Assembly (NCBI GenBank): GCA_964447175.1
Contig: CAYURP010000001.1
Location: 78,208-142,207, forward strand
Reading direction: 5' to 3'
Length of the DNA stretch: 64,000 bases
Source: an uncultured Ignavibacteria bacterium
GTDB taxonomy: Bacteria; Zixibacteria; MSB-5A5; SM23-73-2
Position numbers and translations under genes: made by a program. Numbering within the stretch: the first letter of the stretch is position 1; the number at the start of each line of letters is the position of its first letter. Below the pieces are notes generated by a model, which was given only the letters and a program-made list of their open reading frames with translations, searched no databases and was not told the origin of the DNA. Positions 9,899 through 19,730 of this stretch are shown in pieces.

Positions 9899-10611
9899 AA
9901 AGAACGTTAATCATTATACCCACTTACAATGAGAAAGAGAATATCGGTGAAATCATCCCGGTGATTTTGGAAAAGGACCCATCCATCGATGTGTTGATTG
10001 TGGACGATAACTCCCCGGATGGAACAGGTAAGATCGCTGATGAGATGGTAAAAGAGAATTCCCGGATAAAAGTTCTTCACCGGGAAAAGAAGGCTGGATT
10101 GGGAACGGCTTATAAGACCGGCTTCAAATATGCTCTGGAGAATGGTTACGATCACATATTTGAGATGGATGCGGATTTCTCGCATGATCCCAAGTATATC
10201 CCTCTTTTCCTGGAGGCCATAAAGAAAGCTGATCTGGTATTAGGCTCAAGATATATATCCGGAGTAAATGTTATCAACTGGCCCATGTCCCGGCTTCTTT
10301 TATCCTATTATGCCAATGTTTACACCCGCTGGGTAACCGGGCTGCCAGTGAGAGATGCCACCGGAGGATTCAAATGTTTCAGAAGGGAAGTTTTGGAAAA
10401 GATCGATCTGGACCGGGTTCAATCCGAGGGTTATTCCTTTCAGATTGAGATGAGTTTCAGAGCCTGGAAAAAGGGATTTAAGATTAAGGAGGTTCCCATC
10501 GTTTTTGAGGATCGGAGGGTGGGGCAATCCAAAATGTCAAAAAAGATAGTGAGGGAAGCCATCTGGAGGGTGTGGAAACTGAGAATTCTCAGCCTGCTCA
10601 ACAGATTATGA
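9895..10611 (+). CDS. Polyprenol-phosphate mannosyl/glycosyl-transferase (Dpm1-like GT2).
   Basis: 'LIIIPTYNEKENIGEIIPVIL...LIVDDNSPDGTG' matches Dpm1/Ppm1-type GT2. Confidence 0.8.
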   Translation: MKRTLIIIPTYNEKENIGEIIPVILEKDPSIDVLIVDDNSPDGTGKIADEMVKENSRIKVLHREKKAGLGTAYKTGFKYALENGYDHIFEMDADFSHDPKYIPLFLEAIKKADLVLGSRYISGVNVINWPMSRLLLSYYANVYTRWVTGLPVRDATGGFKCFRREVLEKIDLDRVQSEGYSFQIEMSFRAWKKGFKIKEVPIVFEDRRVGQSKMSKKIVREAIWRVWKLRILSLLNRL

Positions 10612-10614
10612 AAA

Positions 10615-11490
10615 ATGAAGAGAAAAACATCCATAGTTATAGTGAATTACCGGGTGAAAGATCTTTTGAAGGAATGTTTGAACTCCGTACTCAGTTCCAA
10701 AGATAACATGGATAACGAGATAATCGTGATCGATAATAACTCAAAGGATGGGTCAGTTGAGCTTTTGAAAAAAGAATTCCCCCAGATCAGGCTAATAGAA
10801 AATCATCTGAATAAAGGGTTTTCCTATGCCTGTAACCAGGGGATAGAAAAAAGCTCCGGGGATTATATTTTACTTTTAAATCCGGATACCATCTTTCCCC
10901 AAAAGGGTTTTAGCGCGATGATTGAATTCATGGATTCAAATCCTGAGGCTGGAATCTGTGGACCTGAAATGGTTGATGACCGGGGCAATCTTTTATATTC
11001 CTGCAGGAGTTTTCCTTCCTTTCTGACTTCCATTTCCTCCTCCCAATCCCTGTTGGAGCGCTTTTTCCCAGGAAATCCGCTTTCCCGGCGGTATCTTTTG
11101 AAGGACATGAATCATTCCCAGATTCAGGAGGTGGACTGGGTATCTGGCTCCTGCCTTTTTGCCCGAAAAAAAATGCTGGATCAGATCGGCCTTCTGGACG
11201 AGGATTTCTTTATCTATGTAGAAGATGTGGATTTATGTTATCGAGCTCATCGGGCTGGATGGAAGGTTTTCTATTTCCCCAAAACGACCTTTATTCATAA
11301 GGTGGGGCAGAGCACCTCCCAGGACAGAGTCAAATCCAAGCTGGAACATCATCGGAGTATGTGGATTTTTGCAAAAAAGCATTTTAAGTCTAATATTTTG
11401 GTGAGGTCTTTTATTTTTTTTGGGATTTTAGTTCGCTTGATTTTCGTCAGTTTTAGTTTTATACTTTACCGTAGGGGAAAAAGAAGTTAG
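10615..11490 (+). CDS. GT2 glycosyltransferase with a C-terminal TM anchor.
   Basis: '[20 protein letters not shown]...[12 protein letters not shown]', a 'DED' motif and a hydrophobic C-terminus. Confidence 0.75.
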   Translation: MKRKTSIVIVNYRVKDLLKECLNSVLSSKDNMDNEIIVIDNNSKDGSVELLKKEFPQIRLIENHLNKGFSYACNQGIEKSSGDYILLLNPDTIFPQKGFSAMIEFMDSNPEAGICGPEMVDDRGNLLYSCRSFPSFLTSISSSQSLLERFFPGNPLSRRYLLKDMNHSQIQEVDWVSGSCLFARKKMLDQIGLLDEDFFIYVEDVDLCYRAHRAGWKVFYFPKTTFIHKVGQSTSQDRVKSKLEHHRSMWIFAKKHFKSNILVRSFIFFGILVRLIFVSFSFILYRRGKRS

Positions 11491-11494
11491 GTCT

Positions 11495-12466
11495 ATGAAT
11501 GGACAATTTTTAGATTTCGAACGCCCCATTGTGGAGCTGGAGAGGAAGATCCGGGACATGAGGGATTTCGCCACCGAGGAGAGGGTGGATTTTACCGAGG
11601 AGATCGGGGCTTTAGAAAAAAAGCTAAAAAGGCTTCAGAACGAGATATATTCTAATCTCACTCCCTGGCAGAGGGTTCAGCTGGCCCGGCACCATTTAAG
11701 GCCTCACTCCCTTGACTATATAACACTTATGACCAAAGATTTTCTGGAGCTTCACGGTGACCGAAATTTTGCTGACGATAAGGCAGTGGTGGGAGGGTTT
11801 GCCAGAATAGATGAGAAGCCGGTTATGATCATAGGCCAGCAAAAAGGCAGAGATACCAAACAGAAGCTTTTACGAAACTTTGGAATGATGCATCCTGAGG
11901 GTTACAGAAAGGCGTTAAGGTTGATGAAGCTGGCTGCCAGGTTCGAAAAGCCCATAATCATTTTAGTGGACACGCCCGGAGCGTATCCGGGCATAGGGGC
12001 GGAGGAAAGGGGTCAGGCTGAAGCCATAGCCAGAAACTTAAGAGAGATGTCCTCGCTTCCTGTTCCCATTATCATCAACATTATCGGGGAGGGAGCCAGC
12101 GGTGGTGCTTTAGGCATTGGGGTGGGGGATAAAATACTTATGCTGGAGAATGCCTGGTATTCAGTTATATCGCCTGAAGGTTGTGCTGCTATTTTGTGGA
12201 GGGATAGTGCTAAAGCACCTCTGGCTGCAGAAGCTTTAAAACTTACCGCCATGGATCTTATGAAACTCAAAGTGATTGACAAAATAATCCCCGAACCTTT
12301 AGGTGGAGCTCATCGCAATTATTCGGAGATGGCTAAAATTTTGAAGAACGAGATCCTCCTGGAACTTTCCGAGTTGGAGGTTCTGACTCCAGATGAGCTC
12401 ATAGAAAAAAGATTGGAGAAGTTCAGGAAAATGGGTGAGTATTTAGAGGAGAGTCAGATAAGATGA
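11495..12466 (+). CDS. accA: Acetyl-CoA carboxylase carboxyltransferase alpha subunit.
   Basis: '[14 protein letters not shown]', '[26 protein letters not shown]' and '[13 protein letters not shown]' match AccA. Confidence 0.95.
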   Translation: MNGQFLDFERPIVELERKIRDMRDFATEERVDFTEEIGALEKKLKRLQNEIYSNLTPWQRVQLARHHLRPHSLDYITLMTKDFLELHGDRNFADDKAVVGGFARIDEKPVMIIGQQKGRDTKQKLLRNFGMMHPEGYRKALRLMKLAARFEKPIIILVDTPGAYPGIGAEERGQAEAIARNLREMSSLPVPIIINIIGEGASGGALGIGVGDKILMLENAWYSVISPEGCAAILWRDSAKAPLAAEALKLTAMDLMKLKVIDKIIPEPLGGAHRNYSEMAKILKNEILLELSELEVLTPDELIEKRLEKFRKMGEYLEESQIR

Positions 12467-12589
12467 CAGATCCCCAACTGCAGCTGGTTTCTCCTAAAAT
12501 TAAAGAAGAAATTCATTTAACGTTTTGGCATCTATGTGAAATTGTATTTGTAACTACCTGATTTAGAAAAAAATTGGAGGTAAAAAAAG

Positions 12590-13042
12590 ATGAAGCTTTC
12601 CAAATTTTGCGATGAGGGTTTGATTTCTTTTGAACTTTCAGCCAAGGTCAAGGAGAAGGTAATCGAGGAGCTGGTTACCCTGGCTTCTAAGTCTAAGCTG
12701 GTGAAAGACAAAGATATGCTTCTCAGGGATGTTCTGGAAAGAGAGAAGCTAGTAACCACTGGAGTGGGGTATGGGGTGGCTTTTCCTCATGCCAAGACCA
12801 GATCGGTTAGGGGAATTGTGATCACCTTTGGCAGATCCAAACAGGGAATTGATTTCGATGCCATGGATAAAAGGCCGGTACATCTTTTCTTTTTGATCGC
12901 TGCCCCCGAGGATGCTATCGGCGCCCATCTCAATGTTATGGCCAGGTTGTCCTATATCATGAAATCCGAAGGAAACAGAGACAAACTTATGAACATAAAA
13001 AGTCCCAAGGAACTACTGGAGATGCTGGATTCGGTTGAATAG
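12590..13042 (+). CDS. ptsN: PTS EIIA(Ntr)-type protein (PtsN-like, fructose/mannitol-family IIA).
   Basis: 'GVGYGVAFPHAKT' is the active-site His region of EIIA-2. Length 150 aa. Confidence 0.75.
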   Translation: MKLSKFCDEGLISFELSAKVKEKVIEELVTLASKSKLVKDKDMLLRDVLEREKLVTTGVGYGVAFPHAKTRSVRGIVITFGRSKQGIDFDAMDKRPVHLFFLIAAPEDAIGAHLNVMARLSYIMKSEGNRDKLMNIKSPKELLEMLDSVE

Positions 13043-13179
13043 TGAGAATGTGAGTCAAGGAAAAGCCTGACCCGGAAAGATAAATTAATTGAAGGGATGC
13101 GTATGCTTAGAATTTCAATGATAAGGCAAAGCGTACGTCAGTTAGTGCTTGAGTTTCAGAAAATAATAAAATTGAGATT

Positions 13180-13983
13180 ATGAGCTGGTTTTCGCTTCAA
13201 AGTTTAAGATTGAAAAAGTTTCGGTACCTGGGGATTTTCTTATTCTTTTCTTTTTTACTTCTGATTCTACCCCAGAGGGGGAAACTTTTTATCTCTGAGA
13301 CCATTCTTCAATATACCTATTCGCCCTTTTTCAAATTCAGTCAAAAAATCAAGCAGCTCTCTAATGTCTATGAGGAAAATAAGAAACTGCAAAAGGAAAA
13401 CGTGAGGTTGATTCTGGAAAACCTGAGATTGGAAGAGGAGGGTCTGGAAAACGAAAGGTTGCGGGCTCTTCTGGATTTCAAGTCCCAGATAGATTATAAT
13501 GTAATCCCGGGTGAGGTAGTGGCACTGGAACCTAACCGTAGAAGTAATTCCGTTTTGATCAGCGTGGGTAAAGATGACGGTGTGAAAAAGCATCTGCCAG
13601 TTATCAATATGCACGGGTTGGTGGGTAAGGTAGTAGAAGTATATCCTAAAAATTCCCTGGTGGAGCTGCTCTCGGATCCTAACTGTCGGGTAGCAGCTTT
13701 GATCAAACGGAGCAGGGTTCACGGGATTGTAAAGCAACAGAAGGGTACAAACCTAAGTCTGGATAACGTACCTTCCGGTGCGGATGTGAGGCAAGGGGAT
13801 GAGATTATCTCCTCGGGCCTGGGAGGTGTTTTCCCCCAGGCTTTGAGAATTGGAACCGTGGTGAAAACCGAAGACAGCAAGACCTCAATTTTTAAACACA
13901 TTCAAGTTCAGCCGTATGCAGATTTCAATTGTCTTGAGGAGCTTTTCGTTATAGAGGTTACCAAAAGCGAGTTAAACCAGTAA
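13180..13983 (+). CDS. mreC: Rod shape-determining protein MreC.
   Basis: N-terminal TM plus coiled coil, then 'GLVGKVVEVYPKNSLVELLSDPNCRVAALI'-type beta domains. Followed by mreD-mrdA-rodA. Confidence 0.85.
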   Translation: MSWFSLQSLRLKKFRYLGIFLFFSFLLLILPQRGKLFISETILQYTYSPFFKFSQKIKQLSNVYEENKKLQKENVRLILENLRLEEEGLENERLRALLDFKSQIDYNVIPGEVVALEPNRRSNSVLISVGKDDGVKKHLPVINMHGLVGKVVEVYPKNSLVELLSDPNCRVAALIKRSRVHGIVKQQKGTNLSLDNVPSGADVRQGDEIISSGLGGVFPQALRIGTVVKTEDSKTSIFKHIQVQPYADFNCLEELFVIEVTKSELNQ

Positions 13984-14526
13984 TTGAGGTGGCCTGTGTT
14001 CTGGAATAATATTAGTTATTTGAAGATCATAAGAGGAGCTTTAATCCTTTTTGTGGTGGTGATATTTTTAAGCTTTTTCTCCGAGCCTCTGCGGGTGGCA
14101 AACGTGAAACTGGATTTGCCCCTTTTTTTAGTGGTGTACGTAGGTCTGACCCGGGGTACCAAGGAAGGTATCGGTATTGGATTTTTGATCGGGCTTTTGG
14201 TTGACGTCCTGAATCCGTCTTTTTTGGGCTTAAATACTTTAATCAAAACCATCCTGGGTTATCTGGCCGGGAATTTCAAGGACAATCTTTTTCTGGAGCC
14301 GATTCATTTCAAGGGGCTGGTAATTTTCTTGGCCTTGATATTCAATGATTTGATATATTATCTGATCCGCTCGGGATTTGATCTTCCAGCAACATTGGGA
14401 ATAATCTTTTTTACCTCGATTCTATCAGGAATCTATACCTCCGGCGTAGGGATGCTGGTGTTTTTCATCAACCAACGTTTTAAGTTAAGGATAGCTTTCG
14501 AAAATGGAGCTTCTAAACCAGAATAA
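13984..14526 (+). CDS. mreD: Rod shape-determining protein MreD (TTG start; the start is uncertain).
   Basis: 180 aa with 5 TM helices, in the conserved position between mreC and mrdA. Confidence 0.6.
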   Translation: MRWPVFWNNISYLKIIRGALILFVVVIFLSFFSEPLRVANVKLDLPLFLVVYVGLTRGTKEGIGIGFLIGLLVDVLNPSFLGLNTLIKTILGYLAGNFKDNLFLEPIHFKGLVIFLALIFNDLIYYLIRSGFDLPATLGIIFFTSILSGIYTSGVGMLVFFINQRFKLRIAFENGASKPE

Positions 14527-16294
14527 AGACAAAAGAAGCAAGATCATTTACTATCTTTTTTTCGTGGTTTTATTTGTTTTTGTGCTCAGGTTGTACTATC
14601 TCCAGGTAGTCAAGGTCGCATATTACAAAAAGATATCCGAGAAGAACTGCATAAGGCCGGTTTCTTTGATTTCTCCCCGGGGTATGATTTCCGACAGAGA
14701 CGGTCGGATAATGGTTTCCAATTTTCCATCCTATACTCTTTTGATCATGCCAGGAGAGGTGGAAAACCTGGAGAAAACCATTAACCAATTGAGCTTATTT
14801 ACCGGAGTTGAGGGAACAGATCCTTTAGAGAAGGTAAAGAAAAGCCGCTCCTATACCTATCAGCCTATCCGGGTGGCTCGGTATGTGGACTTTCCCACCC
14901 TGTGTATGGTGGAGGAAAGAAACGAGGAACTGCTAGGTATATTTTATCAGGTGGAGCTTAACAGAAAATACCCGGAGTCTAACTGGAGCGGCCCTTTATT
15001 GGGATATGTTGATGAGATCTCGGTGGAGGAGCTGAAAAAAACTGAGTATCAAGTGAACATACTGGGGGATCTGGTGGGTAAGGAGGGGTTGGAGAGTCAG
15101 TATGAGGATCTCCTCAAAGGACAGAAGGGAACCCGCTATATGGAGGTGAGCGCTACCGGCAAACTGATGGGTGAGTTGGAGGACAAAAAACCTGTGATGC
15201 CAGTCCCCGGCTCTAATCTGGAACTAACCATTGATCTGGGTCTACAAGCCTTCGCAGAATCATGCTTTTATCCCTACAGGTCCGGGGCTTTGATAGCTAT
15301 AGACCCAAGAAACGGGGAGATTTTAACCCTTTTGAGCAAGCCGGGATTTGATTCCAACATCTTCACCGGAGTTATCACCCAGAAGGAATGGCAAAGACTG
15401 GTTTCCGACCCTAACCTTCCCTTTTTGAATCGGGTGATTCAGGGACTTTATCCTCCCGGGTCAATTCTTAAGCTTCTGACTGCTGGTGCTGCTCTTGAAG
15501 AAAGAATAATCGACCAGAATACCACCTTCTCGTCATGTTACGGTTTTTATCCATATGGAGATCGGATATTTCGATGTTGGAATGAGGGAGGACATGGAAA
15601 GTTGAATTTGATCGATGCCCTGGCCCAATCCTGCGACATTTATTTTTATCAGCTGGGATTGGAATTAGGCCTGGAGAAATGGAGCGAATATGCGGAGAAG
15701 TGTGGATTAGGAAAAAAGGTGTGGATCGACCTGCCCGGCGAGAAAGGGGGTTTAGTGCCTACCCTGGAGTATTACCACAAAAAATATGGAAAGGCGAGAT
15801 GGGTAAGAAATCTGATAATAAACCTGTCCATCGGGCAAGGGGAGATCATGCTCACCCCGATTCAGGTTACTGCATTCTACTGCGGCCTGGTCAATGAGGG
15901 ATGGGTATTTCAGCCTCATCTTTTGAAGAGGATAATTTCCGATGGCAAAAAAATCACACCTGAACCTGAGGTTCTGCGGAGATTGCCTTTCTCCACTGAA
16001 ACCCTAAGGATTTTGAAAAGGGCTATGATAAAAGCAGTGGAGCATCCTCTGGGAACTGGTCACCTGGCTCGGATTTCAGGAATAGAGATGGGCGGCAAGA
16101 CCGGCACTGCTCAGAATCCCCACGGTGAGGACCATTCCTGGTTTGTGGGGTTTGCTCCAGCTGAAAAGCCGGAGATTCTGGTAACCGTTCTGATTGAAAA
16201 TGCCGGTCACGGAGGGGATGTGGCAGCACCTGTGGCCAGAGAGATTATTCTTAAATACCTGCAAAAGAACTACAAACAACTAGCGGGAAAATAG
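14504..16294 (+). CDS. mrdA: Penicillin-binding protein 2 (peptidoglycan D,D-transpeptidase MrdA).
   Basis: N-terminal TM and dimerisation domain. The transpeptidase has 'SILK' (SxxK), 'SxN' and 'KTGT'. Gene order is mreCD-mrdA-rodA. Confidence 0.9.
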   Translation: MELLNQNKDKRSKIIYYLFFVVLFVFVLRLYYLQVVKVAYYKKISEKNCIRPVSLISPRGMISDRDGRIMVSNFPSYTLLIMPGEVENLEKTINQLSLFTGVEGTDPLEKVKKSRSYTYQPIRVARYVDFPTLCMVEERNEELLGIFYQVELNRKYPESNWSGPLLGYVDEISVEELKKTEYQVNILGDLVGKEGLESQYEDLLKGQKGTRYMEVSATGKLMGELEDKKPVMPVPGSNLELTIDLGLQAFAESCFYPYRSGALIAIDPRNGEILTLLSKPGFDSNIFTGVITQKEWQRLVSDPNLPFLNRVIQGLYPPGSILKLLTAGAALEERIIDQNTTFSSCYGFYPYGDRIFRCWNEGGHGKLNLIDALAQSCDIYFYQLGLELGLEKWSEYAEKCGLGKKVWIDLPGEKGGLVPTLEYYHKKYGKARWVRNLIINLSIGQGEIMLTPIQVTAFYCGLVNEGWVFQPHLLKRIISDGKKITPEPEVLRRLPFSTETLRILKRAMIKAVEHPLGTGHLARISGIEMGGKTGTAQNPHGEDHSWFVGFAPAEKPEILVTVLIENAGHGGDVAAPVAREIILKYLQKNYKQLAGK

Positions 16295-16317
16295 AACCTT
16301 TTTTCATTCTGGAACCG

Positions 16318-17538
16318 ATGCGTCTTCAGTGGAAAGATTTTGATTACTGGCTTTTACTGGCTGCGTTTGTCCTTTCCTTAATCGGGATTTTTTTGATCTT
16401 CAGTTCAAAATATTATTCCACCAACCCATCGGAACATAACTTATATCTGAAGCAGGCTTTGTGGCTTGTTTTCGGGCTTTTAGCAGGGGGGGTGTTTTTT
16501 TTCATACCACTGAGATTTCACGATGCCTTCTCCTATCTTTATTATTTTCTGGTCTTGGCTTTTTTGGGGTTGCTTATCCTGTCCGGGACAAATCAAATGG
16601 GCGCAGCTCGCTGGTTCAGGTTGGGCTGGATAAACCTCCAACCATCAGAATTTGCCAAGCTGGCTTTTGTGTTCGCTCTGTCCCGATATCTGAGTTACAC
16701 CAAAAAGCCAATATACAGCTCTAAATGGTTATTAACTATTGTTCTTATGGTTTGCCTGCCAGCTGCCCTGGTACTGAAGCAACCGGATCTGGGAACCTCT
16801 TTGGTCTTTTTTGCTCTGTTTTTTTCTATTCTTTTTTGGGCCGGGGTTCCGGTTCTTTTTCTCATTGTTTTGGTGTCTCCATTATTGAGCCTGGTGTGTG
16901 GATTTCACTGGTTCACCTGGGCTGCGTTTTTTCTGGGATTCCTTCTGCTGCTCTATTATCTCCGTCCTGGTTTGGTTTTCGGGGTGGTTATGATCTTGCT
17001 TAATTTCGCTGTGGGAACCGTTACCCCCCTAATATGGAACCGACTTCATGATTATCAAAAGCTCAGGATTTTAACCTTTCTGGACCCGGGCAGGGATCCC
17101 CAGGGTGCTGGCTATCAGATACTTCAGTCCAAAGTAGCTATCGGATCAGGAGGAATTCTAGGCAAGGGATTTCTACAGGGCTCCCAGACCAAGCTGGCAT
17201 TTTTGCCAATGCAACACACTGATTTCATCTTCACCGTAGTGGGCGAGGAATTGGGACTATTGGGTGCTCTGGTGGTCTTAGCCTTATTCACTTTCCTTAT
17301 TGTCAGGGGGATTATAATCGCCAAAAAAGCAAGAAACAACTTTGCCAGCTTTACCGCCATAGGGATAACAACTATTTTTGCCTTCCAGATGCTGGTCAAC
17401 ATTGGAATGGTTTTAGGGATCATGCCGGTTACCGGATTGCCTTTGCCCTTCTTAAGTTATGGTGGTTCATCCATGCTTTTATCATGGATTGGGGTGGGAT
17501 TGCTGCTGGCGATTGGCTATAAATGGTACGAATATTGA
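16318..17538 (+). CDS. rodA: SEDS-family peptidoglycan glycosyltransferase RodA.
   Basis: 10 TM helices and the FtsW/RodA C-terminal motif 'GLPLPFLSYGGSSML'. Confidence 0.9.
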   Translation: MRLQWKDFDYWLLLAAFVLSLIGIFLIFSSKYYSTNPSEHNLYLKQALWLVFGLLAGGVFFFIPLRFHDAFSYLYYFLVLAFLGLLILSGTNQMGAARWFRLGWINLQPSEFAKLAFVFALSRYLSYTKKPIYSSKWLLTIVLMVCLPAALVLKQPDLGTSLVFFALFFSILFWAGVPVLFLIVLVSPLLSLVCGFHWFTWAAFFLGFLLLLYYLRPGLVFGVVMILLNFAVGTVTPLIWNRLHDYQKLRILTFLDPGRDPQGAGYQILQSKVAIGSGGILGKGFLQGSQTKLAFLPMQHTDFIFTVVGEELGLLGALVVLALFTFLIVRGIIIAKKARNNFASFTAIGITTIFAFQMLVNIGMVLGIMPVTGLPLPFLSYGGSSMLLSWIGVGLLLAIGYKWYEY

Positions 17539-17583
17539 TTTTATTTTTTTCTGACTTTGTAAGCAGAAAGTGAGTAGAGTAAG

Positions 17584-18384
17584 TTGCATTCCGTTGTGTT
17601 TAAAATAGGGCCCGTGGTGGTAAGAAGCTACGGTCTTTTATTATCCATCTCCTTTGGTCTGGGTTTATGGCTGGCGCTTGTCCGAGCTAAAAAATGGAAC
17701 ATAAAACTTGATCTGGTCTTAGATCTTTTCCTTATTATTTTGCTCTCCTCTGTTTTCGGGTCAAGATTTTTTTACGTTATATTTCATCTGGACGAGTTTA
17801 TAGGACACCCCTGGGATATGATTAACCCGGTTCAAAGCTCAGGGGAGCTGGGCATTGCCGGACTGTCAATGGTAGGAGGTGTGGTTTTGGCTGTGGGTTT
17901 TGGCATACTCTATCTTTTCATGAAAAAAGAGAACGTGTGGAAGGTGGCGGATATTCTCTCCCCCTCCTTTATGCTGGGGTTGGGAATAACCAGGATCGGC
18001 TGCTTTTTGAACGGATGCTGCTTTGGAAAACCCACCCATTCCTGTGTGGGCGTGGTCTTTCCCTACGATTCAGCTGCCGGGTATTTCTACCCTGAAACTG
18101 CAATCTATCCCACCCAGCTTTTTTCGTCTGGGGCAGGTTTTCTGATACTTTTTCTTTTGGTCTGGGGGGAGAAATATAAAAAATTCGATGGTTTCACCTT
18201 CTGGTTGATGCTTTTTCTTTTTTCTCTGCAAAGGATAATCATCGACTTTTTCAGATATTACGAAACCGAAATGGTTTTTCTCTCAGTGAGAGAAATTAAC
18301 ATCTCCATAAACCAGGCTGTCCTGGTGCTGGTTGCACTTTTCTCAATTTTTGCCTGGAATTACATGAGAAAGAAACAGGTTTAG
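17584..18384 (+). CDS. lgt: Prolipoprotein diacylglyceryl transferase.
   Basis: 'VRSYGLLLSISFGLG' and 'RIGCFLNGCCFGKPT' are Lgt signature motifs. Confidence 0.85.
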   Translation: MHSVVFKIGPVVVRSYGLLLSISFGLGLWLALVRAKKWNIKLDLVLDLFLIILLSSVFGSRFFYVIFHLDEFIGHPWDMINPVQSSGELGIAGLSMVGGVVLAVGFGILYLFMKKENVWKVADILSPSFMLGLGITRIGCFLNGCCFGKPTHSCVGVVFPYDSAAGYFYPETAIYPTQLFSSGAGFLILFLLVWGEKYKKFDGFTFWLMLFLFSLQRIIIDFFRYYETEMVFLSVREINISINQAVLVLVALFSIFAWNYMRKKQV

Positions 18385-18403
18385 ACCTCATAGATGAATT
18401 AAT

Positions 18404-19150
18404 GTGATTACAAAGGAAATTTTAAAGATAAGGGATGCAGCAGCAGGTCTTAAGAGAGCAATTATTGATTTTGTATTGCCACCGCATTGCATAATTTGCA
18501 GCAACTATCTTTCACCTGAGGAGAGAATTATCTGCGATGTTTGTTGGGAGAATATGTCCATCCTGCCATCACCATTTTGTCCTGTTTGTAAGAATTTTCT
18601 GGAGCAAGGGAATCTTTTTTGTAAAATTTGTACAGAAAGGAAACTTCTCTGTGCTGTGAGGTCTTTGGGTGTGTTTGACAGTTATTATCAAAAGATGATT
18701 CACGGATTTAAATACCAACAAAAAATGACTTTGGGTCAGAGATTAGGGAAAAGATTAGGAGAAAAGCTGATAGATGATAAGTTGGTTTCCAGGTTCGATT
18801 GTATAATCCCTGTGCCTTTGCATCCAGCCAGAAAAAGGGAGAGAGGATTCAACCAGAGCCAGATCTTAGCTCAGGAATTATCAGAGGCAATCCATATACC
18901 AGTACTGAAAAAAGTCCTGAAGAGGACAAGAAACACCAAAGATCAAACCAAGTTAACTCCTGAGGAGCGTATACAGAACGTAAAAGGCGCATTTGCACTA
19001 AAGGGTCCAGAGGCAATCGAAGGTAAAAGAATAATCTTAGTGGATGATGTAATGACCACCGGCGCAACATTGGGAGAGTGTGCCAGGGTTCTTTCAGAAG
19101 CAGGGGCAAAGCAGATTATGGGCGTCACCATAGCAGTAGCTTTAATCTGA
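18404..19150 (+). CDS. comF: ComF-family protein (double zinc ribbon plus phosphoribosyltransferase domain). GTG start.
   Basis: N-terminal CxxC x4 and the C-terminal PRTase motif 'ILVDDVMTTGATL'. Confidence 0.8.
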   Translation: MITKEILKIRDAAAGLKRAIIDFVLPPHCIICSNYLSPEERIICDVCWENMSILPSPFCPVCKNFLEQGNLFCKICTERKLLCAVRSLGVFDSYYQKMIHGFKYQQKMTLGQRLGKRLGEKLIDDKLVSRFDCIIPVPLHPARKRERGFNQSQILAQELSEAIHIPVLKKVLKRTRNTKDQTKLTPEERIQNVKGAFALKGPEAIEGKRIILVDDVMTTGATLGECARVLSEAGAKQIMGVTIAVALI

Positions 19151-19315
19151 GTTAAAATCGTTAAACGTTATCCGTGATTCGTTATTCGAATTACTATTGC
19201 GTCTTCGATTTGAATTATTATATTATTATAGAAGTTGACTTCATGGTAACACAAGTTGTTTAAACTTGTGCTATCACAGGTTGGGACAACCTATGATACC
19301 GAGGGAAAGTCTTGA

Positions 19316-19385
19316 CGGAGAGATGTCCAGGTTTGGTCGAAGGAGCCGCGTGCTTGTCCCGCAATATGCGGGAGAGAGCTTGAAA
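19316..19385 (+). pseudogene. Degenerate tRNA-Ser-like fragment. The 5' half resembles the adjacent tRNA-Ser, but there is no T-arm.
   Basis: 'GGAGAGATGTCCAGGTTTGGTCGAAGGAGC...' is about 85% identical to the first 36 nt of the tRNA at 19445. It then diverges into an unrelated hairpin. Confidence 0.35.
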
Positions 19386-19444
19386 AAAAAGAGGTGAAAA
19401 AACATAGATTGTAATTAAAAGCATATCTTTGTAAGAAAAGCTAC

Positions 19445-19533
19445 GGAGAGATGTCCGAGTTGGTCGAAGGAGCACGCCTGGAGAGCGTGTAGCCCCCAAA
19501 AGGGGCTCCTGGGTTCGAATCCCAGTCTCTCCG
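19445..19533 (+). tRNA. tRNA-Ser (anticodon GGA), class II with a long variable arm. CCA is not encoded.
   Basis: The cloverleaf was folded by hand. The acceptor is GGAGAGA/TCTCTCC. The anticodon stem is CACGC/GCGTG with loop CTGGAGA. The variable arm is 'TAGCCCCCAAAAGGGGCTCC' and the T-loop is GGGTTCGAATCCC. Confidence 0.9.
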
Positions 19534-19562
19534 CTTCATTTTCTAATTTTTACTTGACAAGG

Positions 19563-19650
19563 ACTTATCACCTTGTTCCACCGTGATCATGAATGGACAT
19601 AAGATCTTTTCTAAGTTGACTCCCGAGAATGTATCCACTTCAATCCCTGA
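19563..19650 (-). pseudogene. Truncated paralogous copy of the 3' end of the PKD-protein gene. It encodes '...IEVDTFSGVNLEKILCPFMITVEQGDKS' and lies directly next to the tRNA.
   Basis: About 85% nucleotide identity with 19768-19845, the C-terminal coding end of the 19731..20843 gene. Confidence 0.5.
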
Positions 19651-19730
19651 TTTTTGTCAATAAAACGGGAATGTAGTATTAATATTAGATATTCCAAGTA
19701 CTAGACTTCAACCTTTGCGTCTTCTGTCGA

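Noticed and set aside
12470-12590. A possible sigma-54 promoter ('TTGGCAT...') upstream of ptsN
   Set aside because: It has the -24 GG element but no GC at the -12 spacing. This is not convincing.
255-19109. Numerous short ORFs of 60-156 aa nested or antisense within long, well-supported CDS, for example 255..437, 3519..3797, 8026..8274, 8578..8877, 9907..10185, 12013..12282, 13267..13737, 16461..17003 and 18849..19109
   Set aside because: They lie fully inside genes with strong homology-based calls on the other strand or frame. They have no RBS and low-complexity translations. They are typical six-frame noise.
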